Below the pieces are notes generated by a model. It had not been told where the DNA came from, ran no database searches, and saw only the letters and a program-made list of their open reading frames with translations. The position numbers and the translations under genes are program-made. Of a DNA stretch of 64,000 nucleotides, positions 1 to 8,831 are shown one piece after another. The stretch is from contig JAKQPK010000013.1 of NCBI GenBank assembly GCA_029564765.1, positions 28,216 to 92,215 on the forward strand, read 5' to 3'. The stretch's first letter is position 1, and each line of letters starts with the position of its first letter. This DNA is from Candidatus Omnitrophota bacterium. Lineage in GTDB: Bacteria; Omnitrophota; Gorgyraeia; Zapsychrales; Aceulaceae.

Positions 1-219
1 GGCGATGGTATCAAGGAAGAGGATATGGACAAGCTATTCCAGACATTCAGCCAATTGCAAAAAGGAAAAGAGCGCAAAACAGGTAGTACAGGGCTGGGTC
101 TTGCGATCTGCAAGAAGATCATTGAGCAGCACAGCGGAAAGATCTGGGTGGAGTCTGAGCCCGGCCGAGGCAGTCGATTTGCTTTCTTGTTACCGATCGA
201 GGAGCGGCGTAAACGCTAG
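1..219 (+). CDS. Sensor histidine kinase, C-terminal HATPase_c fragment; the gene starts upstream of the window
   Basis: Frame-1 translation ends [35 protein letters not shown], the G2 box and C-terminal motifs of HATPase_c. Two receiver genes follow directly downstream. Confidence 0.8.
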   Translation, partial: GDGIKEEDMDKLFQTFSQLQKGKERKTGSTGLGLAICKKIIEQHSGKIWVESEPGRGSRFAFLLPIEERRKR

Positions 220-243
220 CGCGTGCGCGGCAAGGAGGAAGTC

Positions 244-612
244 ATGGCAAAAAAAATCTTGATTGTCGACGATGAGCCTGATATCGTAAAAGTCGTAAGC
301 TTCCGCCTGAAGAAAGAAGGGTATGACGTTGAGGCGGCTGTGGATGGACAGCAAGGTTTGGACATGGCCTTTAATATTCATCCGGATCTGATCTTGCTAG
401 ATGTCACCTTGCCCAAGATGAATGGTTATGAAGTGTGCAGGCGCTTGAAAGCAGATGCGGAGCTCAAAGATATACCTGTTGTATTTATGACCGCGAGCCT
501 TGCGACGGGTGGTTTTGCGGAGAATTTTCCTTCAACCGGTGCCCAAGGATATATTTTTAAGCCTTTTGATTATGAAAAGTTGTTAGCGGAAATCCATAAA
601 TTTTTATCATAA
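244..612 (+). CDS. Single-domain response regulator (CheY-like receiver)
   Basis: MAKKILIVDDEPDIV...LLDVTLPKMNGYEV carries the receiver acidic pocket, the phosphoacceptor Asp and the conserved Lys region. RBS AAGGAGGAAG lies 3 nt upstream of the ATG at 244. Confidence 0.85.
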   Translation: MAKKILIVDDEPDIVKVVSFRLKKEGYDVEAAVDGQQGLDMAFNIHPDLILLDVTLPKMNGYEVCRRLKADAELKDIPVVFMTASLATGGFAENFPSTGAQGYIFKPFDYEKLLAEIHKFLS

Positions 613-621
613 GAGGGGTCT

Positions 622-984
622 ATGGAGACAAAAAAGATCGTTGTGATCGAAGATGATGATTCCATTCAAAAAGTGTTACGGGCACGCCTAGAGAAGTCTG
701 GCTACCAGGTTGCCGTTGCTTCAACGGGGGGCGACGGGTTAAAAGCGGTGCGCGAGACAAGGCCGCATGTTATTATCCTCGATGTTATGTTGCCGGACGC
801 TAATGGTTTTGATGTTTGCCAGCAGATCAAGGAAATGGATGAGCTTTTCAAGGTGATCATCTATACCGGAAAGCTAGAAGCTGTTGATGCGCGGCGCGCG
901 CGTCAGGTCGGGGCGGATGATTTTACCGTTAAGACCATGGATTTTAAGTATTTACTGGAATCGATCGCAAAGTTAACCGCGTAA
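622..984 (+). CDS. Single-domain response regulator (CheY-like receiver)
   Basis: METKKIVVIEDDDSIQ...ILDVMLPDANGFDV...DDFTVKT receiver motifs. Confidence 0.85.
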   Translation: METKKIVVIEDDDSIQKVLRARLEKSGYQVAVASTGGDGLKAVRETRPHVIILDVMLPDANGFDVCQQIKEMDELFKVIIYTGKLEAVDARRARQVGADDFTVKTMDFKYLLESIAKLTA

Positions 985-1037
985 ATGATCAAAAAGGCTC
1001 TTGGGCATGCAACGCGCCAGGGCCTTTTCCATTTGTT

Positions 1038-1583
1038 ATGCTGTACTCATTCATAAAAGTCTTTTGTGTTGTTTCTTTCGCTGTTCTTGCGGGATCAGGA
1101 TGCGACCTGATCTATGGTGTGTTGCAAAAGGAAGGGGCGCAGGAAAAAAAGATCTTAGGAGAAGTGATCCCCTCCGTGGCCAATGAAAAAGTTGAATTGT
1201 TACAAAAGCTTTTGTTGATACACGGTGCGAACCCAGGCAAGATCGATGGCAAACTTGGCGCTCAGGCGCGCCAGGCGATCGCGAGATTCCAAGAGCAGAG
1301 CGGCCTGCCGGTTTCGCGCTTTGTGGACCAGAAGACCTGGCAAGCGCTCAATGTTTTCAGCGCCACAGGCCTTGTAACAAACGGCAGTGTTGATTTTGCG
1401 GTGGCTCAAGAAGCTTTGCGCGCGGCAGGATTCTATGCAGGAGCGATCGACGGCCGTTCTGGCCCAAAGACGATCAAGGCTATTAAGGATTTTCAGAAGT
1501 CCCGCGGATTGATTGTTGATGGACGTGTTGGCAGGAAAACATTATCGGCCCTCAATGATGTTTTATTGCTACGTCATAAGTAA
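1038..1583 (+). CDS. Putative lipoprotein with two peptidoglycan-binding (PG_binding_1-like) repeats
   Basis: Signal peptide ending AVLAGSGC (lipobox-like). Two repeats of the GxIDGxxGxxTxxAIxxFQ pattern: IDGKLGAQARQAIARFQEQSGL and IDGRSGPKTIKAIKDFQKSRGL. Confidence 0.6.
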   Translation: MLYSFIKVFCVVSFAVLAGSGCDLIYGVLQKEGAQEKKILGEVIPSVANEKVELLQKLLLIHGANPGKIDGKLGAQARQAIARFQEQSGLPVSRFVDQKTWQALNVFSATGLVTNGSVDFAVAQEALRAAGFYAGAIDGRSGPKTIKAIKDFQKSRGLIVDGRVGRKTLSALNDVLLLRHK

Positions 1584-1660
1584 TTGTTCCTTGTGCGGAC
1601 ATTTTAAAGATTCTATAATACAGCTACTTTTTTATTACACTATTAATTAAAGGACTAACT

Positions 1661-2446
1661 GTGAATAATTACGATGGTGTCATTTTTGATCTCGATGGAG
1701 TGGTTACTAAAACAGCCATGGCGCATGCGCTCTCCTGGAAGGAAATGTTCGACGAGTATTTGTTGATGCGCCAACAGCGTGATGGAGAAAAATTCAAAGA
1801 GTTTACCTATGAGCATGATTATCGGCTTTTTGTGGATGGCAGGCCTCGATATAAAGGGGTTGAGAATTTCTTGAGATCTCGCAATATTCATCTGTCGATG
1901 GGGCACAAGGATGATCAGGTTGGGCAAGAAACGATCTATGGCCTTGGCAATGAAAAAGACGCGCGTTTTAAAAGGATATTAGAAGAGCGCGGCATTGATG
2001 TGTACACCTCGACAGTCACTCTGATCAAAAACCTTAAACAACATCGTGTCCGTGTGGCCGTTGCTTCTTCTAGCAAGAACTGCGGGCCTATTTTGAAAAA
2101 AACAGGACTGGAAGAGCTTTTTGAAGCACGGATCGACGGCGTTGTTTCAGCTGAGTTAGGACTTAAGGGTAAACCAGAAAGCGATATTTTCTTAACAGCC
2201 GCGCAACGCATTCATTGTCGACCAGAGCGTTCTGTTGTCGTTGAAGATGCTGTGGCGGGTGTCCAGGCCGGTAAGAAAGGAAGTTTTGCCCTTGTGATCG
2301 GCGTTGCCCGCGAAGGAAACGCCAGAGAGCTGACAGAGGCTGGGGCGGACGTTGTTGTGGAAGATTTTTTAGGTGTTGGGGCAGAGATCATAGACACTTG
2401 GATCCAAGAAAAAGCAGAAAGGGTAAATTCCTGTGACCGCGCATAG
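1661..2446 (+). CDS. HAD-superfamily hydrolase (subfamily IA, beta-phosphoglucomutase-like)
   Basis: VIFDLDGVV motif I, a KNCGP/S-x-K region, and the C-terminal VVEDAVAGVQAG plus K...ALVIGV motifs. Probable GTG start at 1661; alternative ATG at 1674. Confidence 0.75.
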   Translation: MNNYDGVIFDLDGVVTKTAMAHALSWKEMFDEYLLMRQQRDGEKFKEFTYEHDYRLFVDGRPRYKGVENFLRSRNIHLSMGHKDDQVGQETIYGLGNEKDARFKRILEERGIDVYTSTVTLIKNLKQHRVRVAVASSSKNCGPILKKTGLEELFEARIDGVVSAELGLKGKPESDIFLTAAQRIHCRPERSVVVEDAVAGVQAGKKGSFALVIGVAREGNARELTEAGADVVVEDFLGVGAEIIDTWIQEKAERVNSCDRA

Positions 2447-3602
2447 AACAACGAGCGATGTTTTTATCGTTGATGGCTTGCGAACGCCTATTGGCAGCAG
2501 CCATAAAAGTTTAAAAGATTTCTCAGCTGCTGACCTGGCTGCTTCTGTGCTCAAGGAATTCATTCATCGCTATCCGTCCGTTTGTCAGCATGTTGATGGG
2601 GTCTTTTTAGGGAATACGGTTTCAGCTGGAACAGGGCAGAACGTTGCTCGTCAGGCCATTATTTTTTCTGGGCTGTCGCCGCGCGTTCCAGGAACGGTTG
2701 TTAATAGTGTTTGCGGATCGGGATTAGAGTCTATTATTTTGGGATGCCGCACGATGTTGTGCAATGAAGCGCAGATCATATGCGCAGGCGGGACAGAGAG
2801 CGCGACCCATAGCCCTAAGATCCTTGTTGCCGACAATCAGGAGCCGATCGAAAGTTTGATCTGCGATGGGCTTTGGTGCGCGATGAGCGGAAAGCATATG
2901 GGTCATATCGCTGAAAATTTAGCGCTCCAATATCAGATATCCGCGGAAGCGCAAAATCAATTCGCTTATGAAAGCCATGTCAAGGCTGTCAATGCGCAGC
3001 GTGAAGGCAAATTTAAAGAGGAGATCGTTGTTGTGCCCAAGAAGGATGGAAGCCTTGTTGATAAAGATGACCGGCCACGTCACAACATTAGTCTTGATCG
3101 AATGGAAAAGCTTCCGGCCGCCTTTCAATCCGACGGTACGGTCACAGCCGGTAATGCTTCCGCTCCTGGCGATGCGGCGGCCTTGACGCTTCTTATCAGC
3201 GGTCAAGGGCTGAAAAAATATCCTGAGCTAAAACCTAAAGCAAGGATTTTGTCTTATGCGACCGTTGGAATAGAGCCTCATCAGTGCTTTGAGGCCGGTG
3301 TTCTAGCCGTTAGAGACTGCTTGTCTGTTGCAGGCGTTTCGCTGTCAGATGTTGATCTGTTTGAGATTGGTGAATCATTTGCCGCTCAAGCCGTTTGGAC
3401 CAAAGAACAGCTTGGGCTTTCGAAAGAAAAGGTCAACATCTATGGCGGAGATATCGCCTTAGGACATCCTTTGGGGTCTACGAGCGCAAGGCTTCTTGTG
3501 ACATTGATGCACGCTTTGGGTCGTGAAAAGAAAAGATATGGGCTTGCGGTTATGTGTTTTGGGTCCGGCGGCGCCACAAGCATGCTGATCGAGCGCTTAT
3601 AA
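2433..3602 (+). CDS. Thiolase family acetyl-CoA C-acyltransferase
   Basis: Thiolase N-terminal domain with active-site NSVCGSGLESI and the C-terminal GHPLGSTSARLLVTL...MCFGSGGAT motifs. GTG start overlaps the upstream stop. Confidence 0.8.
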   Translation: MTAHRTTSDVFIVDGLRTPIGSSHKSLKDFSAADLAASVLKEFIHRYPSVCQHVDGVFLGNTVSAGTGQNVARQAIIFSGLSPRVPGTVVNSVCGSGLESIILGCRTMLCNEAQIICAGGTESATHSPKILVADNQEPIESLICDGLWCAMSGKHMGHIAENLALQYQISAEAQNQFAYESHVKAVNAQREGKFKEEIVVVPKKDGSLVDKDDRPRHNISLDRMEKLPAAFQSDGTVTAGNASAPGDAAALTLLISGQGLKKYPELKPKARILSYATVGIEPHQCFEAGVLAVRDCLSVAGVSLSDVDLFEIGESFAAQAVWTKEQLGLSKEKVNIYGGDIALGHPLGSTSARLLVTLMHALGREKKRYGLAVMCFGSGGATSMLIERL

Positions 3603-4706
3603 GAAAGTCCTTACAAGACGCGCGATCGCTAATGATGAAGTCAATCCTGGCGATTCGATCCCGATCAAGTTAATAAAATCCTTAAATCCTTTTTTAGATT
3701 CTTCCTGGATCACAAAATCGCTGAAGTCTACTCCTGGCGCCTGCAATTTAGCGCGCATACCAGCCGTATCCGGCACAAGGTCTTCAAGGGTCAGTCGAGG
3801 CAGAAAACGACTGACAGAATCACAGAAGATCTTCTTGTCATTTTCATCTACGGAATAATCAATATCCTCTGTGTAATGTGCATCAGGCCCTAAGCGCAAG
3901 CCTCCAGCTAGATCGGGTGTGATGTGAATGCCAAGGTCTGTTTTGCTAGCTGGCGGGTATACAGGATGTGTGATGTTGAATTTTTGTGGATGGCTGATGC
4001 GAAAATATTGCCCCTTGCTCCAGTGTAGTTTGTATCCGCATGCTGCGATGTCAAATCCGGCCATGGCCGCAACGCGGTCTGCGCGCAATCCCGCGGCATT
4101 GATAACAATAGATGTTTCAAAAGAGAACAGGTCTCCATCCGGCTCTTTGACGGTGATCCGGTATCCTGTGTTTTTCTTTGAGATCTCAACAACTTCAACA
4201 TTAAAAGCGAATTCTGTCCCCTGACGCTTGGCGTTCTCGTATAGAGTTTTCATAAATTGATGTGAGTCTAAGATCCCTGTGTCCTCAGACCAAAGGGCTT
4301 CTTGCGCGCGAATATCCGGTTCAAGATGTTGCAATTCCTTCTGAGAAAGAAAGTGCAGGCGTGTAACGCCGCTTTCCAGGGCATTTTTCTGGATCGCATG
4401 GATTTTGGCGGCTTCTTCATGATTGCAGGCGACTAAGATCTTTCCTGTTTTTTTATGAGGGATCGCGTGTTCTGCGCAGAAAGCGTACAAAAGATCTTTT
4501 CCTTGGATGCATAGCTTTGCCTTCAGGGAGTCCTTGGGATAATAGAGCCCGGCATGGATCACTTCCGAATTCCGCGAAGAAGTCTCTCGGCCAAACGCGT
4601 CGTGTTGCTCAACGACGAGAATGTCGCGATATTCTCGTGATAGATAAGCGCCGATCGCTAACCCGCAAACACCAGCGCCAATAATAGTAATGTTGGTTTT
4701 TTCCAT
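3597..4706 (-). CDS. lhgO: FAD-dependent oxidoreductase, L-2-hydroxyglutarate oxidase (LhgO/YgaF)-like
   Basis: N-terminal ITIIGAGVCGLAIGAYLS Rossmann dinucleotide fold; the whole-length pattern (SEVIHAGLYYP..., C-terminal GIESPGLTSSLAIA) is typical of the LhgO family. Confidence 0.7.
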   Translation of the reverse strand: MEKTNITIIGAGVCGLAIGAYLSREYRDILVVEQHDAFGRETSSRNSEVIHAGLYYPKDSLKAKLCIQGKDLLYAFCAEHAIPHKKTGKILVACNHEEAAKIHAIQKNALESGVTRLHFLSQKELQHLEPDIRAQEALWSEDTGILDSHQFMKTLYENAKRQGTEFAFNVEVVEISKKNTGYRITVKEPDGDLFSFETSIVINAAGLRADRVAAMAGFDIAACGYKLHWSKGQYFRISHPQKFNITHPVYPPASKTDLGIHITPDLAGGLRLGPDAHYTEDIDYSVDENDKKIFCDSVSRFLPRLTLEDLVPDTAGMRAKLQAPGVDFSDFVIQEESKKGFKDFINLIGIESPGLTSSLAIARLVRTFL

Positions 4707-4828
4707 AGGTTTTGATATCAGGCATTATTGTACACAGCCCGCCAGAAGAAATCTATAGCGATTTTACATTAGAAAATCTTAAAACCTTATGATACGATGA
4801 AGAAAATTTGATCATAGAAGGAGGGGCC

Positions 4829-5362
4829 ATGCTCTCTGAGCACCATATTAGAAATGACGCGTTACGTCGGATCGCTATCCAAATGATGATCGCAGCGCGC
4901 ACAGCCCCCAAAGGGCGAGGCGCGGATACCTTTATTTTTTATATTGCGGAAGAAAAAGATATAAAAAAGATATCCGATCGAATGCGCAGCATCGGACAGC
5001 AGCAAGATCTTCCCGCTTTTGTCAGGGACGCGGAAAATATCTTGATGGCGCCTGTCATGCTTTTGCTCGGGACGATGATCAAACCTTTAGGCTTGAAGAA
5101 GTGCGGGATGTGCGGATTTGCGAATTGCGCTGAAAAAGATAAGCATAAAAACATTCCATGTGTCTTTAACACAGGGGATCTGGGTATTGCTATCGGTTCG
5201 GCAGTGAGTGTTGCCGCTGATCATCGCGCGGATAACCGTGTGATGTATACAGCAGGCCAGGCGGCCCTTGAACTTGGACTGTTGGGCAGCGATGTGAAGA
5301 TCGCCTACGCGATCGCCTTAACTGCGATGTCAAAAAATCCGTTCTTTGATCGACCATTATAA
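4829..5362 (+). CDS. DUF2148-like ferredoxin-domain protein
   Basis: CGMCGFANC cysteine motif and an overall PKGRGAD...GIAIGSA layout that resembles the DUF2148 family. RBS GAAGGAGGGG precedes the ATG at 4829; the track ORF starts earlier at 4808. Confidence 0.5.
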   Translation: MLSEHHIRNDALRRIAIQMMIAARTAPKGRGADTFIFYIAEEKDIKKISDRMRSIGQQQDLPAFVRDAENILMAPVMLLLGTMIKPLGLKKCGMCGFANCAEKDKHKNIPCVFNTGDLGIAIGSAVSVAADHRADNRVMYTAGQAALELGLLGSDVKIAYAIALTAMSKNPFFDRPL

Positions 5363-5381
5363 AATGTAGCGTCGGGGAAGG

Positions 5382-5765
5382 CTATTCGCCCAAGAGCGAT
5401 CTGATCTTTTCCAGTAACAGCGATAGATCAAGGGGTTTGACTAGATAGGCATCCGCCCCAACATCCTGGCCGATCTGTTTGTCTTGGTCGCTATCGCGTG
5501 ATGTCAGCATGATGATCGGGATATTCTTGTGCTTAAGATCATTTTTAAGAAGCTGGCATAAATTGTATCCATTAATGATCGGCATCATGACATCTAGGAT
5601 GATCAGGTCGGGGCATGATTTCATGGCTTTTTGTAGGCCATCGGCTGCCTGTGTCGCGGCAAGGACGTCGTAGCCGTTTTCTGGAAGTTTTTTATCAAGT
5701 ATTTTGATCTGAGCGGGGTCATCATCTATGACAAGGATGACTTTTTTCTTGCTTTTTCTTAGCAT
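5382..5765 (-). CDS. Single-domain response regulator (CheY-like receiver)
   Basis: KKVILVIDDDPAQIK...LDVMMPIINGYNL...DAYLVKP receiver motifs. Start moved to the internal Met at 5765 because a TTGAAA-17-TACAAT promoter lies inside the longer track ORF (5382..5828). Confidence 0.7.
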   Translation of the reverse strand: MLRKSKKKVILVIDDDPAQIKILDKKLPENGYDVLAATQAADGLQKAMKSCPDLIILDVMMPIINGYNLCQLLKNDLKHKNIPIIMLTSRDSDQDKQIGQDVGADAYLVKPLDLSLLLEKIRSLLGE

Positions 5766-5878
5766 GAGCGTATTGTATAGCGATTTAAGAGGTGTTTCAA
5801 ATAAAATTTGGCCTATCAATAAAAACATTTTTATTAATATTGTTTATGCTACAATAATTTTTTATTTAAGGATTTGCT

Positions 5879-7120
5879 ATGATCAATCAAAAGAAAACAC
5901 CTGCTAAAAGCGTTTTGCGCATCAGCCAAGCTCAGGAAACCGATGTTTTGCGCAAGATCGTTGAGCTGACATCCTCAGGCCTTGAGCTTTCCTTGATCTT
6001 GTCGGAAGTCGTTAAGATCGTCAACGAGATCACGGTCTGTGATTCGGTCTTTGTTTATCTGGTCGATAACAAAGAAAAAGACCTTGTTCTCATGGCATCC
6101 AAAACCCCACATCTTAAAGAGCTTGGAAAGATCGTTCTAAAGATCGGAGAAGGGATCACGGGCTGGGTCGCTAGAGAAGGCCGGATTGTGAATATTAAAG
6201 AAGGCGCTTATAAAGATAAGCGTTTTAAGAGTTTTGATGTTTTGCCGGAGGATAAGTACGAGTCATTTTTGTCCGTCCCGATCGTTTATCGGACAAAAGT
6301 TACAGGGGTTTTGAATATTCAGCATAAAAAACCTTATTTGTATGCCCCGAAAACTGTTAATTTGTTGGCGATGATCGCCAAACAAGTCAGCGGGGTCATT
6401 GAGAACGCACGGTTGTATGATGAGACCAAGAAAAAAGCTGCTCAGTTCGATAAGCTGATCCAGGTAAGCCAGTCGATCACCTCAGAAAATTATTTAGATG
6501 AGATCCTCAACCTGATCGTCGTTGTGACGGCGGAAATGCTGAATTCCAAGATCTGCTCGATCATGCTGCTGGACGATAAGGGAAAAGAACTCGCGATCAA
6601 GGCGACGCAAAGCCTGAACGAAGATTATAAGAAAAAGCCAAATATCAAGGTTGATCAAAGCTTAAGCGGAGAAGTTGTCAAAACACGCACGCCTATTGTT
6701 GTTTTTGACGTGCGTCTCGAGGAGCGCTATGCCTATCGCGATCTCGCGATCAAAGAAGGCCTAAGCTCTATGCTCTCTGTGCCTATGATCGTAAAAGATA
6801 GGATCATCGGCATCATCAATGTTTACACCAAAGAACCGCATGAATTTTCACAAGAAGAGATCAATGTTTTGCAAATGGTTTCCAATCAGGCCGCTATCGC
6901 GGTCGAGAACACCAAGCTCATGGAGGAGACCTTAAAGGCCAAGGAGGCGCTAGAAACACGTAAGCTTGTTGAACGCGCCAAGGGCATTCTGATGAGATTG
7001 CAAAACCTCAGCGAAGAATCCGCGCACAAGCTGATCCACAAGAAAAGCATGGATTCATGTAAAACCATGAAAGATGTCGCTGAATCTATTATCTTGATGG
7101 ATGATCTGAACCGAAAATAG
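5879..7120 (+). CDS. GAF-GAF-ANTAR RNA-binding transcription antitermination regulator
   Basis: Two GAF-like blocks (about aa 20-170 and 190-340). C-terminal ANTAR signature ...LETRKLVERAKGILMRLQNLSEESAHKLIHKKSMDSCKTMKDVAESII, comparable to AmiR/NasR/EutV. Confidence 0.75.
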   Translation: MINQKKTPAKSVLRISQAQETDVLRKIVELTSSGLELSLILSEVVKIVNEITVCDSVFVYLVDNKEKDLVLMASKTPHLKELGKIVLKIGEGITGWVAREGRIVNIKEGAYKDKRFKSFDVLPEDKYESFLSVPIVYRTKVTGVLNIQHKKPYLYAPKTVNLLAMIAKQVSGVIENARLYDETKKKAAQFDKLIQVSQSITSENYLDEILNLIVVVTAEMLNSKICSIMLLDDKGKELAIKATQSLNEDYKKKPNIKVDQSLSGEVVKTRTPIVVFDVRLEERYAYRDLAIKEGLSSMLSVPMIVKDRIIGIINVYTKEPHEFSQEEINVLQMVSNQAAIAVENTKLMEETLKAKEALETRKLVERAKGILMRLQNLSEESAHKLIHKKSMDSCKTMKDVAESIILMDDLNRK

Positions 7121-7149
7121 CAGACGCTTGATCGTTTGCCCTAATCTTT

Positions 7150-8535
7150 ATGATCAAAAAAAGTTTTCGTCATCATGTCATGATCTTCTTGGCTGTGGGG
7201 ATCATCTTTGTCATGGCCCTTAGTGAATTCTTTATCTATCGCTTCGCCCTTGAAAAACAATTTGATCAGCTAAAAGAAAAACTTCAAGCCGTTGTCCAGA
7301 CAGCGTCTTTGATGATCGATCCCACCTTGATCGCTCAAGTGCCGTTGACCCCTGATGGGGCTGGAACTCCTCCATATCAGGCGCTTGCCGTTCAGCTGCA
7401 AAAGATCCAGGAAGCCAATCCTTTTTTAACGGATATCTATATCTTAAGGAAAACAGAAAAGCCAGGCATTTGGGAGTTTGTTGTGAATGTGGTTGCTGCT
7501 GGCATCAAAGGAGGCCAAGCGCCTATTCAGGCGCATCCAGGCCAGAAGTATGATGCCTCACGCTTTCCTGAGATGATACGTTCTTTTAAGGTCGCGACAA
7601 CAGATCAACAGTTGATAAAAGATGAATGGGGTACGACGTTATCAGGTTATGCCCCCATTATGGATCATAAAGGGAATTCTTTTGCGGTCTTGGGCATTGA
7701 TATTTCCGCGCAAGAAGTGTACGACATCCAGCGACAAGTTCATTGGCGGGCGATCCTTGTTTTCTTGATGGGTATGGCCTTGGCGATCATTTTAGGGTGG
7801 ATGATCGCCGGGCGTGTTACCTCGCGGATCAATAAGTTAGCCGAAGGAACGCAGCATCTTTCTTGTGATGATCTGGATTTTCGTGTTCAGGTGCAGGGAC
7901 AGGATGAGATCGCAGAACTCGCGCGGTCTTTTAATGTGATGGCCGCAGGATTAAAAGATGCTCGGCAGCGCTTGCGGGAATATTTTTGTTGTGTCGTTCA
8001 GTCTTTGGTCAAGGCCCTGGAAGCCAAGGATGCTTATACTAGCGGCCACTCAGAGCGTGTCGCCATGTATGCCAAGCAGATCGCTGTTGCCATGGATTTC
8101 TCTGAGGAAAAGGCAGACCTTTTGTTTCGTGTTGCCCAGCTTCATGATATTGGCAAGCTTAGCGTTCCTCAAGAGATCCTCAACAAAAAAGAAAGATTAA
8201 CCGATGAAGAGTGGGCTATTATTCGTCAACATCCTTTATCTGGAAGCAAGGTTGTTGAGCCTATCTTTCCCGATGCGCAGACGCTCTCTGTCGTGCGCTC
8301 ACATCACGAACGCTTTGATGGCAAGGGTTATCCAGATGGCGTTAAGGGAAGCCAGATCCCTTTGTTCGCGCAGATTGTCGCTGTTGCTGATGCCTACGAT
8401 GCCATGACATCTAATCGAGCGTATCGTCAGGCGTTGTCTTCTCAAGCTGTTCAAGATGAGCTGCTGCGTGGCTGCGGGACACAATTTAATGGGGATATCG
8501 TTAAGGTCTTTTTAAAAATTATCGATCAAAGTTGA
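7150..8535 (+). CDS. Membrane sensor with periplasmic Cache-like domain, HAMP and HD-GYP c-di-GMP phosphodiesterase domain
   Basis: N-terminal TM helix, a second TM helix near aa 200 followed by a HAMP-like linker, then HD-GYP motifs HSERV...HDIGKL...HHERFDGKGYPDG. Confidence 0.8.
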   Translation: MIKKSFRHHVMIFLAVGIIFVMALSEFFIYRFALEKQFDQLKEKLQAVVQTASLMIDPTLIAQVPLTPDGAGTPPYQALAVQLQKIQEANPFLTDIYILRKTEKPGIWEFVVNVVAAGIKGGQAPIQAHPGQKYDASRFPEMIRSFKVATTDQQLIKDEWGTTLSGYAPIMDHKGNSFAVLGIDISAQEVYDIQRQVHWRAILVFLMGMALAIILGWMIAGRVTSRINKLAEGTQHLSCDDLDFRVQVQGQDEIAELARSFNVMAAGLKDARQRLREYFCCVVQSLVKALEAKDAYTSGHSERVAMYAKQIAVAMDFSEEKADLLFRVAQLHDIGKLSVPQEILNKKERLTDEEWAIIRQHPLSGSKVVEPIFPDAQTLSVVRSHHERFDGKGYPDGVKGSQIPLFAQIVAVADAYDAMTSNRAYRQALSSQAVQDELLRGCGTQFNGDIVKVFLKIIDQS

Positions 8536-8664
8536 TTTGCGTTCTTAATGGCGGATCGCTTCGCCTTAGCGTGATCACGTTCAGGTTTTTTGATCTCTTC
8601 CGTCGATTAAACTATCAGCTGTTTGAAAAGTTTTAATACACGGATCTTCCAAGAAAAATTTTTA

Positions 8665-8693
8665 TTGACAAAGTAAAGAGCGAATTGTATATT
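8665..8693 (+). promoter_or_regulatory. Sigma70-type promoter (TTGACA, 17-nt spacer, TATATT) for the amtB-led operon
   Basis: Consensus -35 TTGACA at about 8665-8670 and -10 TATATT at about 8688-8693 with a 17-nt spacer. Predicted TSS about 8700, just before the tandem leader units. Confidence 0.6.
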
Positions 8694-8719
8694 TGTACCA
8701 ACAAGTAGGGCAACGAAGT

Positions 8720-8758
8720 CCTCTTAGACCTAATGAAGGGTTTAAGAGGTTTTATTTT
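8720..8758 (+). terminator. Intrinsic-terminator-like hairpin 1 (CCUCUUA...UAAGAGG then UUUUAUUUU)
   Basis: 7-bp stem with a loop that contains a second hexaloop hairpin ACCU-AAUGAA-GGGU, followed by a U-rich tract. Confidence 0.5.
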
Positions 8759-8772
8759 ACGGGCACAGAAGT

Positions 8773-8807
8773 CCGGCATCTCGGGAACCGAGTTGTCGGA
8801 TTTTTTT
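8773..8807 (+). terminator. Intrinsic-terminator-like hairpin 2 (CCGGCAUCUCGG-GAA-CCGAGUUGUCGG then UUUUUUU)
   Basis: Imperfect 12-bp stem and a 7-U tract. Confidence 0.5.
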
Positions 8808-8831
8808 ATGCTTCAAAGGTGGGCAATGAAG

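Noticed and set aside
5382-5828. Full 148-aa version of the minus-strand receiver ORF
   Set aside because: Its first 21 codons contain a TTGAAA-17-TACAAT promoter-like element and show no receiver homology. The start at Met 5765 (MLRKSKKKVILVIDDD) is more plausible.
8551-8575. Perfect 10-nt palindrome CGTGATCACG after the HD-GYP gene, as a terminator or operator
   Set aside because: There is no loop, so it is a poor hairpin. It might be a protein-binding site, but with a single copy and no partner evidence it is not reportable beyond this note.
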